Shown here: positions 1-12,468 of the stretch, piece by piece
How positions within the stretch are numbered: the stretch's first letter is position 1
Layout of the letters: every line of letters begins with the position of its first letter
Assembly: GCA_963664705.1 (NCBI GenBank)
Contig: OY761556.1
Location: 512,001-576,000, forward strand
DNA from: Acidobacteriota bacterium
GTDB lineage: Bacteria; Acidobacteriota; UBA6911
Reading direction: 5' to 3'
DNA: 64,000 nucleotides
Notes under the pieces: model-generated
Told to the model about the DNA's origin: nothing
The model's database searches: none
The model's input: the letters and a program-made list of their open reading frames with translations, nothing else
Position numbers and translations under genes: made by a program

Positions 1-243
1 ATAGGGTTGGGTACGTTACGGAGCAACGGGTATAGTTTTCAAATCGAGTTGAAGTATAGGGCAGACAAACTCGGTTTTAAGCATGCCGAATTCCCGATCG
101 TCTTTGACGAACGGCGCGGCGGCAAAAGCAAAATGTCCTCAGCGATTGCCCTGGAGGCTTTCTGGCGAGTGTGGCAGTTGCGGTTTGATTCAAGATTTCG
201 GATTTCGGATCCCGGATTTGGGAACTCCAAATCCGGGATCTGA
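1..243 (+). CDS. Polyprenol monophosphomannose synthase-like GT2 glycosyltransferase, 3' fragment (runs off window start)
   Basis: Frame is open from base 1; SNGYSFQIELKY...EFPIVFDERRGGKSKMS is the typical DPM1/Ppm1 C-terminal motif. Confidence 0.8.
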   Translation: MGLGTLRSNGYSFQIELKYRADKLGFKHAEFPIVFDERRGGKSKMSSAIALEAFWRVWQLRFDSRFRISDPGFGNSKSGI

Positions 244-255
244 AATCCGAAATCC
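193..255. repeat. 63-bp palindrome of nine 7-nt units between convergent genes
   Basis: AGATTTC GGATTTC GGATCCC GGATTTG GGAACTC CAAATCC GGGATCT GAAATCC GAAATCC; four units, a 7-nt loop, four inverted units. Confidence 0.9.
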
Positions 256-259
256 TCTC

Positions 260-1375
260 TTATCCAATTACTTCCTTTAACGCATGGAGTACTTGCTGCG
301 CTTCTGATTCCTGCATTCCGGAAAAGACCGGGAGACAGATATGGCGTGCGCACAGGTCCTCTGCTACGGGCAGAGCTCCAGTCGCGTATTTCTCAAAAAC
401 CGGCTGTTTATGCAGGGGTTCCTCATAAACCTCTCCTGCCAGGGCAACTCCGTATCGTTCCCGAAGAATGGATTTCAATTCCTTGCGATCGCGCTTTTCC
501 TTCAGCACGGCTATGTATTTATAGTAGTTGCAGAAACCTTCCGGAGGGACGGATAGTGCGGACAGGTTTCTAAATTCTCTCAGCCCCGCATCATAGATTT
601 CGGCGATGGCTCTTCTCTCGGCAATCATCGTGGGAAGCCGGTTTAGATGACGCAATCCGATGATCGCATGAGGTTCGGACATGCGCCAGTTGTATCCCAT
701 GCGGACGTGAGCATTGACGGTAAAGCTTGCTTTGCCCTGATCTCTATAGATTTTGGCTTCTTCGGCTAGATGATCATCATTGGTGACAATCATCCCTCCT
801 TCTCCGGAAGTCATGACCTTTGTGGGGTAGAAGCTGAATGAGCTTCCAATTCCAAAAGCCCCTGCGCTAACCGACTTATACGAAGAGCCATGGGCGTGCG
901 CCGCATCTTCAAGCAGCCAGATCCCATGTTGCTTTGCCAATTCCACCAGAGCGGGCATCTGAGCTGAAACGATTCCCCCGATATGCACAACCACCAGGCC
1001 TGCAGTGTTGGAATTGATGCTTTTGGCCACAGCCTCCGGATGGACTCCGAAGGTCTGCGGATCCATATCGATCAGAACCGGGATTCCGCCTGCATGGACG
1101 ACAGCTGCCGCAGTTGCAAAAAATGTGTTTGTCGGTACGAGAACCTCCTTGCCCTCAACCCCAAGCGAACGCAGCAATATTTCGAGGGAGCTCGTGCCGC
1201 TGTTGACGGCGATGGCATGGCGTGCCCCGCAAAGTCGGGCAAACCTTTTCTCAAATTCCTCTCCATACTTTCCGAGTGTCAGTTGTCCCGATTCCAGGAC
1301 CTCCTGAATCCGTTCGGCTATCCATACTCTGTCTTCGGGCAAAAACTGAATCTTTGCGGCAGGAACCTTCAACAT
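260..1375 (-). CDS. DegT/DnrJ/EryC1/StrS family PLP-dependent sugar aminotransferase
   Basis: AVNSGTSSL, LEDAAHAHG, SFYPTKVMTSGEGG (PLP lysine), GYNWRMSE. Confidence 0.92.
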   Translation of the reverse strand: MLKVPAAKIQFLPEDRVWIAERIQEVLESGQLTLGKYGEEFEKRFARLCGARHAIAVNSGTSSLEILLRSLGVEGKEVLVPTNTFFATAAAVVHAGGIPVLIDMDPQTFGVHPEAVAKSINSNTAGLVVVHIGGIVSAQMPALVELAKQHGIWLLEDAAHAHGSSYKSVSAGAFGIGSSFSFYPTKVMTSGEGGMIVTNDDHLAEEAKIYRDQGKASFTVNAHVRMGYNWRMSEPHAIIGLRHLNRLPTMIAERRAIAEIYDAGLREFRNLSALSVPPEGFCNYYKYIAVLKEKRDRKELKSILRERYGVALAGEVYEEPLHKQPVFEKYATGALPVAEDLCARHICLPVFSGMQESEAQQVLHALKEVIG

Positions 1376-1391
1376 TGCTATCCTCTCTTGT

Positions 1392-1426
1392 GTATTCGGA
1401 GTCTCAGATTCGGGATTGAGAATCCC
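1392..1426. repeat. Degenerate 7-nt tandem array
   Basis: GTATTCG GAGTCTC AGATTCG GGATTGA GAATCCC; a second weaker array lies at ~1482-1517. Confidence 0.55.
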
Positions 1427-1521
1427 GGGCCGAAACAGAAAATACGTGACGCAAGAATGTAAAACGCTTCCAATCTTACTGCAATCGCGAATTGCAGATT
1501 TTTGAATTCTGGACTACTGCG

Positions 1522-1902
1522 CTAGTCGCCCCCACCCCGGGCGATCAGTGCAACTCCGACTATTACCATTACAATTCCAGCCCAGCGCATGGGGGGGACA
1601 CTTTCCTTCAGAATGGAAACGGCCAGTATGGCTGCAAATCCATATTCGATTGCGGTCATGGGCAAAACAACCGTCACCCCGGTCCATGACAGGGCCGCGA
1701 TGAACAGGAAATAGAACAGAGCGTTTAGAGCCGTACCGCCAATGACATAAGGATTGCAGAGTGCATGCCAGAAATAGGTGATCAACGGCCATGGTGCATA
1801 ATTTTCCAGACTGCCGACTTGCAGCATTCCGCGCCGGACAAGAATTTGGCCATACGCCGCGGAAGCGGTCGCAATCGTCATGGCTACCAAGACTCGTAAC
1901 AT
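1522..1902 (-). CDS. Small EamA/SMR-like (ArnE/ArnF-like) membrane transporter
   Basis: 126 aa, 4 hydrophobic segments, LKESVPPMRWAGI motif, SD upstream. Confidence 0.8.
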   Translation of the reverse strand: MLRVLVAMTIATASAAYGQILVRRGMLQVGSLENYAPWPLITYFWHALCNPYVIGGTALNALFYFLFIAALSWTGVTVVLPMTAIEYGFAAILAVSILKESVPPMRWAGIVMVIVGVALIARGGGD

Positions 1903-2014
1903 AGGAGTCCCTCCCTAATAGTTGGTGGACCGTAACAATAGCATTGTTGCCTGGCGTCTTGTAGTCTTCGAGGCCTGCAATGCTGCTATAAATCCCCGAT
2001 TTCCGGATATGCTT

Positions 2015-2866
2015 CTAAAGGTCGCTAAACGCGATTCTCTGTGCCCCGGCTGCTTCAAAAGCCTTGCGCAACAATGGATCGGTCAAGGCCAGGAATTCAT
2101 CTTCATGTCTATACCGGGGCATCGTTGCGTCGATTTCAGAGCATCGACGTACTGCCGGATGAAAGCACAATTCCGTAACGCCATTCGGAAGGTTCCTGGC
2201 AAATCGTGCGAGCAGGTCTGCGGTCATCGCTCCGCCATCGGTCATTCCAAAGAGATAGTCGTTGTACCGAATGCCGGCCCGGCGGAGCATCTGTTTCATG
2301 AGTGACATCCAGGGAAAAAGAAAGGCGCTGAACATCAGCCTTGTCCCAAGCGAATGCCCCGATGCTCTCCAGGACAATATCGGAGGTTCCTTTGGAATTC
2401 GTACCGCCCTTAATCCATAGTCCCGTCCCACCGCTATTATCAGCCCCAGGATTGTCGGATGCAGGTGCATGTGATTATGGGCATTGACGTGGTCCAGAGC
2501 GAGTCCCGTTTTGTGGAAGGCCTCGTATTGAGCGCGAATTTCTGCTTCGAGCTGCTTCCGGATTCCTGGCAGAAAAAAGAACTTGAATCCCGATCTCGCC
2601 AGCTGGGTTGAAAAGGCTCCGTTGTTGTCCACAAGATCGGGTACCTGGCGCGACGGCAGTACGGGACGGCCCTCCACCAGAGTCAGATGAAGACCAACTT
2701 TTAGCGAAGGTACCTGAAGGGCGCGCTGAACGGCATCTGCACAGTGGTTCGCCCCGACCATAAGGCTTGCCGTCGTCAGGATGCCTGTCCGGTGCGCTTC
2801 GACAATGGCTTCATTGACCGGCAGTGCCAGACCGAAGTCATCGCCGGTAACTATGATTTTTTTCAA
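2015..2866 (-). CDS. hpnK: Hopanoid biosynthesis-associated protein HpnK (YdjC/ChbG deacetylase family)
   Basis: IVTGDDFG, VGLHLTLVEG, LDHVNAHNHMHLHP, ELCFHPA; adjacent to hpnI. Confidence 0.88.
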   Translation of the reverse strand: MKKIIVTGDDFGLALPVNEAIVEAHRTGILTTASLMVGANHCADAVQRALQVPSLKVGLHLTLVEGRPVLPSRQVPDLVDNNGAFSTQLARSGFKFFFLPGIRKQLEAEIRAQYEAFHKTGLALDHVNAHNHMHLHPTILGLIIAVGRDYGLRAVRIPKEPPILSWRASGHSLGTRLMFSAFLFPWMSLMKQMLRRAGIRYNDYLFGMTDGGAMTADLLARFARNLPNGVTELCFHPAVRRCSEIDATMPRYRHEDEFLALTDPLLRKAFEAAGAQRIAFSDL

Positions 2867-2905
2867 TCCGGCCTTCCGTGGATGCAGTCTGAATGCTGTG
2901 GGCTC

Positions 2906-4084
2906 TTAATCGCAATGAGGCGCCTGGGCGACAAGGCGCCCATCCCTTGTCAGGACAAAGCTGGTGCCGCGCCAGATGGTCGTTCGTTTTGTGAATGCAA
3001 GCAGCCATGTCACCAGTGAAGTGAGGTCTCTAAAAAGCAGAAGCCCAAGACTACGCAAACCCTCACGGTCCCGAAGTCCCCAACCCAGGACGACAGCCGA
3101 TGTCGCAGTCCTCAGGACGCATGCGCCACACAGGACAGACAGGCCGATGGCGTCACCCAGCCGGGCTATTGCATATAGAAGGGCAAACGGAACCGATCGG
3201 ATGAGGGCTGTCGCGAAAAATGCGAACGGTCTTGCGGCGCGCGTGTTCTGATCCCAATAAACCTGGTGGTTCCACCATTGTCCGGGGCTCTTCAGATCCA
3301 CAATCGTATCGACAAAGTAGGGAATAATGGCCACCTCTTTGCCCAGCAGGCCGATACGTCTTCCCATTTCGTAGTCTTCGACAAGGTAGTCGGATAGGCC
3401 CTCGAGTCCACCGATTTGCTCCAGCGTCGATCGATGCAGGGCAGCCGATGCGCCGAGGCAGAATTTCGATGCGCCGCTGACGTGGGCGAAAAGAACGTTG
3501 GCCATAAAGTCGGCGTTCAACGTCAGGAGTTCCATCTTTTCGTACCACCGACGGGCATCGGCAGCCTTATATAGCGTACAGGCACAGCCTACCTTGGGAT
3601 CGTTCAGAGGGGCTACAATTGTCTTCAAATAGTCCGGCTTCAGCAGGACATCGCTGTCGCTGATAACGAGTACATCATGCCGGGCATGGCGCAAACCGCC
3701 GATCATGTTGTTGATCTTGCCGTTTGTCCCTGTGCGGCAATTCTCGATCGCCACCGTTACTCGCTTGTCACCGAATTCCTGCTGTATCTCCTTTAGGGTC
3801 GGGATTGCGGCATCATCGGGGTCCTGAACCGAAAAAACCACCTGGAACTCAGGGTAATCCTGGATGCAGGTGCTGCGCAGATTCTCGCGCTGATTTTTTT
3901 CCAATCCATGAACCGGCTTGAGGACTGTAACCGGTGGCCAGTTTTCCAGACGGGGCTTCCGCCAGTTATGCAAGCTCAGATGAAAACGGGATACGGCGAG
4001 GACGCAAAGAATCGCATAGACAGAACCGCCGATGGCCGGAATGAGAAAAATCCACTCTAGTGTGTGACGCATCAGCGACGCCAT
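2906..4084 (-). CDS. hpnI: HpnI-like hopanoid glycosyltransferase (ceramide glucosyltransferase/GT21-like)
   Basis: PPVTVLKPVHG, NGKINNM, ISDSDV, YLVEDYEMG, WRG near the C-terminus; N- and C-terminal TM segments. Confidence 0.82.
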   Translation of the reverse strand: MASLMRHTLEWIFLIPAIGGSVYAILCVLAVSRFHLSLHNWRKPRLENWPPVTVLKPVHGLEKNQRENLRSTCIQDYPEFQVVFSVQDPDDAAIPTLKEIQQEFGDKRVTVAIENCRTGTNGKINNMIGGLRHARHDVLVISDSDVLLKPDYLKTIVAPLNDPKVGCACTLYKAADARRWYEKMELLTLNADFMANVLFAHVSGASKFCLGASAALHRSTLEQIGGLEGLSDYLVEDYEMGRRIGLLGKEVAIIPYFVDTIVDLKSPGQWWNHQVYWDQNTRAARPFAFFATALIRSVPFALLYAIARLGDAIGLSVLCGACVLRTATSAVVLGWGLRDREGLRSLGLLLFRDLTSLVTWLLAFTKRTTIWRGTSFVLTRDGRLVAQAPHCD

Positions 4085-4111
4085 CGTGACAACTTACCTC
4101 CTGAGAGATCT

Positions 4112-5254
4112 TCAGGCAACTCTGGTTTGGAAGCCCAGTGCCCGAAAAATATTGGCCAGATCTTTTTGTGCTGCTTCCAACTCAATAACAAAGTGGCGGA
4201 ATTCGAGCCGAAGCGGCTTTTCGGTGCGCAGTCGCTCGAAACCATTTAGGGCCTGTTCCTGCGTACAGGAAGCGAATGCTCTCAACCGCGCATCCACATC
4301 CAATATCTTGTACGCCTGGATCAGTGCCGACCTGACGGCTTCCTGCCCTGTCTTGCCGGTTTCCGGATGAATAGCCGCTCCTTCGGGGTACACATCCTCG
4401 GATAGTCCGGTAGACTGGATGCCTGCAAACTTGCTCAAACCTTCCCGAATCATCTCCGTTGCCCTTATTTTTCCGTCCAGCGCACCGCCGGCAATATGAG
4501 GCGTGCCAATATCCAGCAGTTCGAGAAGCGAATAATCAACGATGGGTTCATCTTCCCAAACATCCAGAGCGGCTCCTGAGATTTTGCCCCGTTGCAGTGC
4601 CGTTTTCAGTTCCTGCCCGTCGAAAACCGCGCCCCGTGAGGAATTGATTACAAACTGTTCCGGGGACAGACGGTTCAGCAGCTCTCTATTGAGCAGGTGT
4701 GTCGTTGGGTAGGGGCCATCCGGATTGAGCGGCACATGAAATGTCAGGATATCTGCGTTGATGACTTCATCCAGGCTTTGGTATCGGGCATCGCCGGTAG
4801 CTTCGCGCAGCGGTGGATCACACAGGAATACCTGCATCCCCAACTCCCGGGCTTTCCTGGCAACGCGGGATCCGACATTGCCGACTCCTATTACGCCAAT
4901 GGATTTTCTCCGAAGATCCCAGCCCTTGCGGGATGCGATGATGTGAAGCAAGGTTGCAATATATTCGGATACGGAATCCGCATTGCAGCCGGCGGCATAG
5001 TGAAAATGAATGCCCTGTGACCTCAAATAATTCTGGTCGACGTGATCAATACCTGCGCTGGCTGCACCCACAAATCGAACGGAAGTGCCGTTCAGCAGCA
5101 AAGCATTTACGGGCGTAACGGTCCGGACAATAAGTACGTCCACATCCTGCAAGTCCTGGTTTTTCAGGTTGCGCCCCGAAAAAAGACGAACTCGGCCCAG
5201 TTGCGAAAAGGCCTCCATTCCGTACGGTATTTCTTTGTCTACAGCAATAATCAT
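4112..5254 (-). CDS. pdxB: 4-phosphoerythronate dehydrogenase
   Basis: Start moved to MIIAVDKEIPY; AGCNADSVSEY, GVGNVG, FHVPL, INSSRG, LDVWEDEP, TPHIAG, C-terminal FERLR..PLRLEF. Confidence 0.88.
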   Translation of the reverse strand: MIIAVDKEIPYGMEAFSQLGRVRLFSGRNLKNQDLQDVDVLIVRTVTPVNALLLNGTSVRFVGAASAGIDHVDQNYLRSQGIHFHYAAGCNADSVSEYIATLLHIIASRKGWDLRRKSIGVIGVGNVGSRVARKARELGMQVFLCDPPLREATGDARYQSLDEVINADILTFHVPLNPDGPYPTTHLLNRELLNRLSPEQFVINSSRGAVFDGQELKTALQRGKISGAALDVWEDEPIVDYSLLELLDIGTPHIAGGALDGKIRATEMIREGLSKFAGIQSTGLSEDVYPEGAAIHPETGKTGQEAVRSALIQAYKILDVDARLRAFASCTQEQALNGFERLRTEKPLRLEFRHFVIELEAAQKDLANIFRALGFQTRVA

Positions 5255-5442
5255 CGAATTCACAGTCCCTGCCCGGGCATGTATCCCGGCCGCCACAGGC
5301 GGAATAGCGTATATTGAGGGCATTTCAGCGCAAATGCAAACTCTTTCAAGCCGCTGCATTTTCGGTTTTTCGACTCCAGAAGGACCGGGAGTATTGCAAA
5401 ACTTCGCATGCAGAGGCGGATAAACTGGTTTATGATAATTCC

Positions 5443-6291
5443 ATGACTTGGTTTAAAAAAGAAAAGACGCCGATCGCCAACACTAAAGAAGAAGAGAAGA
5501 CTGTCCGCACGGAAGGATTGTTTACCAAGTGCAGCGGCTGCAAAGGATTCATCTGGAAAAAGGATCTTGATGCCAATATGAAAATCTGCCCGAAGTGTGG
5601 GCATCACTTCCGGCTGAACTCAACCGAACGGCTCGAGATGCTTTTTGATGACCGCAAGTTTCAGGTCTTCGATAATCAGCTGGTTTCAACCGACCCGCTC
5701 AATTTTGTGGATCGAGAACCATATGCCCAGAAACTCGAGGCAGCCAGGGCGTCCACCGGTATCAACGATGCGGTGGTGAACGCTTTTGGTAAGGTGGGCG
5801 GGCGCGATACGATCATCTCCGCGATGGAGTACAGTTTTATCGGCGGATCCATGGGATCCGTGGTTGGCGAGATGATTACGCGGGCCGTGGAAAGAAGCGT
5901 TGCAGAGAAGGCGCCGCTCATCATCATTTCCGCTTCCGGCGGCGCGCGAATGCACGAAGGGACGCTATCCCTGATGCAGATGAGCAAGATCAGTGCCGCA
6001 CTTGCTTTGTTGGACGATGCGCGCCTTCCTTTTATTTCAATCCTCACGGATCCAACTACCGGCGGTGTGACGGCCAGCTATGCAATGCTGGGAGACTTGA
6101 ACATTGCCGAACCCGGCGCTCTGATTGGGTTTGCGGGTCCCCGAGTGATCGAACAGACGATACGGCAAAAGCTGCCCAAGGGGTTTCAGCGTTCAGAATT
6201 CCTTCTACAGCATGGGATGCTGGATGCCATCGTAAACCGGCGTGATTTGCGGGATTATCTGATCAAATCGTTGAACTTCATGCATTGTTAG
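5443..6291 (+). CDS. accD: Acetyl-CoA carboxylase carboxyltransferase beta subunit
   Basis: MTWFKK start, CxxC...CxxC zinc finger, GGSMGSVVGE, SGGARMHEG, PTTGGVTAS. Confidence 0.96.
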   Translation: MTWFKKEKTPIANTKEEEKTVRTEGLFTKCSGCKGFIWKKDLDANMKICPKCGHHFRLNSTERLEMLFDDRKFQVFDNQLVSTDPLNFVDREPYAQKLEAARASTGINDAVVNAFGKVGGRDTIISAMEYSFIGGSMGSVVGEMITRAVERSVAEKAPLIIISASGGARMHEGTLSLMQMSKISAALALLDDARLPFISILTDPTTGGVTASYAMLGDLNIAEPGALIGFAGPRVIEQTIRQKLPKGFQRSEFLLQHGMLDAIVNRRDLRDYLIKSLNFMHC

Positions 6292-6327
6292 CTGCAACGG
6301 GTGCCGGCACTCTTTGTCGATACATTC

Positions 6328-9251
<2,924 letters not shown>

Positions 9252-9255
<4 letters not shown>

Positions 9256-9647
9256 CTGCGAGATGCGGGCTCCCGGTTTCCTCGCGGCCCGCTGATCCAG
9301 TTCCATATTATTGCCCCTGCAATGGCGCCCAAAGAGTCAATTCCGACATCCCCCATTGACGGAGAACGTCCGGCCGTAAATCTCTGGTGGAACTCGTCGG
9401 TCATGGCATAAAGCGAGGCAAGTGCGATTGCGGCGAGGATCCGGTTTCTTCCTGTCATCGTCCGGTTGCTCAGGGCATGCAGGAAGGCAGAGGCCAGCAT
9501 GGCGTAGCCGCACATGTGCCCCCCTTTCTTGGTCAGGAGATCCCACGTCCCGAATTTCGGCAGATCAGTGCCCGGCATGGACGATGCAATAAATATCAGT
9601 GCCATAATGATCAGCGCCGGTCCCCAGCGTCGAAGCCAGGATTTCAT
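9252..9647 (-). CDS. VanZ family membrane protein
   Basis: KKGGHMCGY, YAMTDEFHQRFTAGRSPSMGDVGIDSLG; GGAGG SD. Confidence 0.9.
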
Positions 9648-9963
9648 CACTCCAACCTCCCTGAATGGTCGCAATCATCGGATTACGTGTGGTACGGCCT
9701 GTTGGTCCCCATCTTGGAAGCCAGTTCAAAACAGGTAATAATCCTTCCAGAGATGAGCTACCAGTATGCCATAGGCCGGTTTGGTTGTGGTGCTTACTAT
9801 TGGTGTGCGCTGGCGGCAGGGGGGAGGGCATGGGGCTGTATCTGTTTTTGTTACTTAAAGATCTTGTGTGTTTGCGCCGGACGCGGTAGTGTCTTTTCTT
9901 AAGAGATGGCTGAAGAGGTGCTGTGGTGGTTCAAACGTATGCGGGCGTCTATCCTGTTGTGGC

Positions 9964-9993
9964 TTGACACGCTGGAAAAGAGACGATTAAGAT
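9964..9993 (+). promoter_or_regulatory. Candidate sigma70 promoter for the anti-sigma/STAS pair
   Basis: TTGACA-18 nt-TAAGAT, ending ~50 nt before ATG 10043. Confidence 0.5.
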
Positions 9994-10042
9994 GGCTGGG
10001 AGTCATTAAGAGTTTGATGCCCGGTCTTGTTGATGCCGCCTG

Positions 10043-10471
10043 ATGAATAATATTGCCAACGAGATTGACGTAATCATAAGCAGTGCCCTGGATAATCTTG
10101 ATCTGATCCAGACCCTCACCGAGTGCATTACGAATTTTATGAGCTTCGATGAGGATGCTGCGCATTGGATTGGGATGTCTGTCCGTGAAAGCGTTACAAA
10201 TGCGATTCAGCATGGCAACAGGCTGGATTTGAGCAAAAAAGTCGATATTAGTTTCGTTGTTTCCCCCGAGCAACTTTCCATCTCGGTAAAGGATCAGGGC
10301 AACGGATTCCGTGCCGAGGACGTACCGAATCCGCTGGATGCGGCCAACCTGCTGAAACCCAGCGGGAGGGGTATTTATTACATTCGTACGTTCATGGATG
10401 AGGTGGAATTCAGACCTCTCTCTCAGGGGGGGATGGAAGTGCATATGGTGAAGAGGGTTTCTTCAAATTAA
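10043..10471 (+). CDS. RsbW-like anti-sigma factor / Ser kinase (HATPase_c_2)
   Basis: ESVTNAIQHGN, VKDQGNGF, SGRGIYYI. Confidence 0.9.
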   Translation: MNNIANEIDVIISSALDNLDLIQTLTECITNFMSFDEDAAHWIGMSVRESVTNAIQHGNRLDLSKKVDISFVVSPEQLSISVKDQGNGFRAEDVPNPLDAANLLKPSGRGIYYIRTFMDEVEFRPLSQGGMEVHMVKRVSSN

Positions 10472-10482
10472 GGAGAGTGGAT

Positions 10483-10821
10483 ATGAAGATCGAAGCGCGT
10501 ACCATCGGTGACGTTACCATTTTGGATTGCAGCGGCAAGATTACATTGGGAGAGGGCACAATGACGGTTCGCAACACGGTGCGCGACATCCTGAAAGCCG
10601 ACGGAAAGAAGATTGTGCTGAATCTGGCGGATGTGAACTACATCGACAGTTCCGGGATCGGCGAACTCGTCAGCACCTATACCACCGTAACGAATGGCGG
10701 CGGCCAGTTGAAGCTCCTGAACCTCACCAAGAAGATCCAGGAACTGCTGGCAATCACCAAACTGCTGACGGTTTTCCAGGTGTTTGAAAACGAACAGGCG
10801 GCTCTTGCCAGCTTCCGGTAG
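10483..10821 (+). CDS. STAS-domain anti-sigma factor antagonist (RsbV/SpoIIAA-like)
   Basis: LADVNYIDSSGIGEL phospho-Ser motif; AAGGAG SD. Confidence 0.92.
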   Translation: MKIEARTIGDVTILDCSGKITLGEGTMTVRNTVRDILKADGKKIVLNLADVNYIDSSGIGELVSTYTTVTNGGGQLKLLNLTKKIQELLAITKLLTVFQVFENEQAALASFR

Positions 10822-10828
10822 ATCGGAT

Positions 10829-12256
10829 TTATCGAAAGATGCGGTTGAAGTCGATGATCTTGGAAAGATCATTGAACACGACAAATCCCATCAGGAGAAT
10901 GAGGAATACAAAGCCTACCTGCACGATCTTCTCCTTCAAGTTGAGGCTCAGATCACGCCGTAAGAGCCCCTCGAGAAGGAGAAGGGCCATCACGCCACCA
11001 TCTAGAATCGGGATGGGAAGCAGGTTAAATACTCCCAGCTGAAGACTGATCAACCCCAGGAATCCGAAAAACACACGAGCGTCGCGCGTACGCGCGGCGC
11101 TCCCGGATATCCGCGCAATTTCAATGGGACCCGAAATCGTTCGCGCTGAAGCGGACCCCTTGAAAATCCTGCCAATGATGCGAAAAGTCAGTGTCGACAT
11201 TTCGTAGTTGCGGTCTATGGATTTCCTGATCGCACCAATCAGGCCGAACTTCTGCAGCTCCGATGGATAGGAGGGATAGAAGCCAATTATCCCGTGGCCC
11301 CTTTCCTCTACCGGTGTGACGGTAAAGTTCAGAATCTTACTGCTCTGGACTTCCTTGGGTTCCCACAGCTTTTCCCTGGTGGGTTCACTATCCAGCCTGC
11401 GAATCTGAAAGCTCAGGGGGATTCCCGCACTGTCGGAGATGATATTCAAGATATCATCGTATTTTGTGCCGTATTTCCCATTTCCCGAGACCGACAGGAT
11501 CTCGTCCCCTTCCTTCAGCCCGGCTTTCTGCGCAGGCTTATTCTCATCCAGAGTGTCGATGATCGCTTTGGGCAGCGAGACCTTGAAGCCCAGCGCGCCC
11601 GGTTCGATCTGTTCCGCATCGGCCGGAGGCTCCATATGCATTTGGATTGTCCGCCCGCCACGCAGGACCTCGATGTCTAACGCATTCTTGGGCGCCGTGC
11701 CGAGCGCAATTTCCAGATCCTCCCAGGTTTTAATCGCATTGCCGTGAACCGAAACAATCCGGTCCCCTGTTTGCAATCCGGCGCGCTTGGCGGAGGATCC
11801 CGTGTTGACCGGACCCACTACGGCCGCCTGTTTTGGATATTGGGCGACATGAACCCCCTCGCAGTAGGAAAATGTCAGGATCGCTATTGCCAGAAAGATG
11901 TTCATGAGAGGACCCGAGATGGCTACGAGAAAACGATGCCATTTGGGGTGGGACAGAAACTCGTCCGGCTCTCCCCTCCGATCGTCGTCGAAAGCTTCCC
12001 CCGCCATTTTCACGTATCCGCCAAGAGGGAATGGACTCAATCGATATTCCGTGCCCCCACGGGTGAACCCGACGAGCTTCGGGCCAAAGCCGAGCGAAAA
12101 CACTAAAACCCTGATTTTCAGAAGTTTGGCCATCGCAAAATGGCCAAATTCATGCACTGTGATTGTGATACCGAGAACAACAATAAAAGCCAGGATCGTA
12201 ATTGCTGCCGGTATCGATTCCAGAAGATCCCAAATATTTGCCATCAATGGTGTCAA
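10829..12256 (-). CDS. rseP: RIP metalloprotease RseP
   Basis: HEFGH, LGGYVKM, two PDZ domains, FNLLPIPILDGG; follows dxr. Confidence 0.93.
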   Translation of the reverse strand: MTPLMANIWDLLESIPAAITILAFIVVLGITITVHEFGHFAMAKLLKIRVLVFSLGFGPKLVGFTRGGTEYRLSPFPLGGYVKMAGEAFDDDRRGEPDEFLSHPKWHRFLVAISGPLMNIFLAIAILTFSYCEGVHVAQYPKQAAVVGPVNTGSSAKRAGLQTGDRIVSVHGNAIKTWEDLEIALGTAPKNALDIEVLRGGRTIQMHMEPPADAEQIEPGALGFKVSLPKAIIDTLDENKPAQKAGLKEGDEILSVSGNGKYGTKYDDILNIISDSAGIPLSFQIRRLDSEPTREKLWEPKEVQSSKILNFTVTPVEERGHGIIGFYPSYPSELQKFGLIGAIRKSIDRNYEMSTLTFRIIGRIFKGSASARTISGPIEIARISGSAARTRDARVFFGFLGLISLQLGVFNLLPIPILDGGVMALLLLEGLLRRDLSLNLKEKIVQVGFVFLILLMGFVVFNDLSKIIDFNRIFR

Positions 12257-12468
12257 TGCGAAATCTCCCCTCTATCGTTGTCAATATGATGCCTGATAGA
12301 AAGGAAAGGCTCAACAAGCGAAATCGATTCCTGGAATAAAGATTGTAAGGAGCTTATCCGGGACTCAGGAAATGCCGACGGGAATACAAACCGAGATCAG
12401 GCCGCAAGGAGGCGGCGATCCGCCGCCCACTGGGAGCGCAGGATAATCTAAGTATTGGACTTGCCTCT

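Noticed and set aside
12257-12468. 212-nt dxr-rseP spacer with a small + strand ORF (MPTGIQTEIRPQGGGDPPPTGSAG) and a GC hairpin
   Set aside because: Antisense to the operon, weak SD, no recognisable RNA or peptide family; cannot be supported without conservation data
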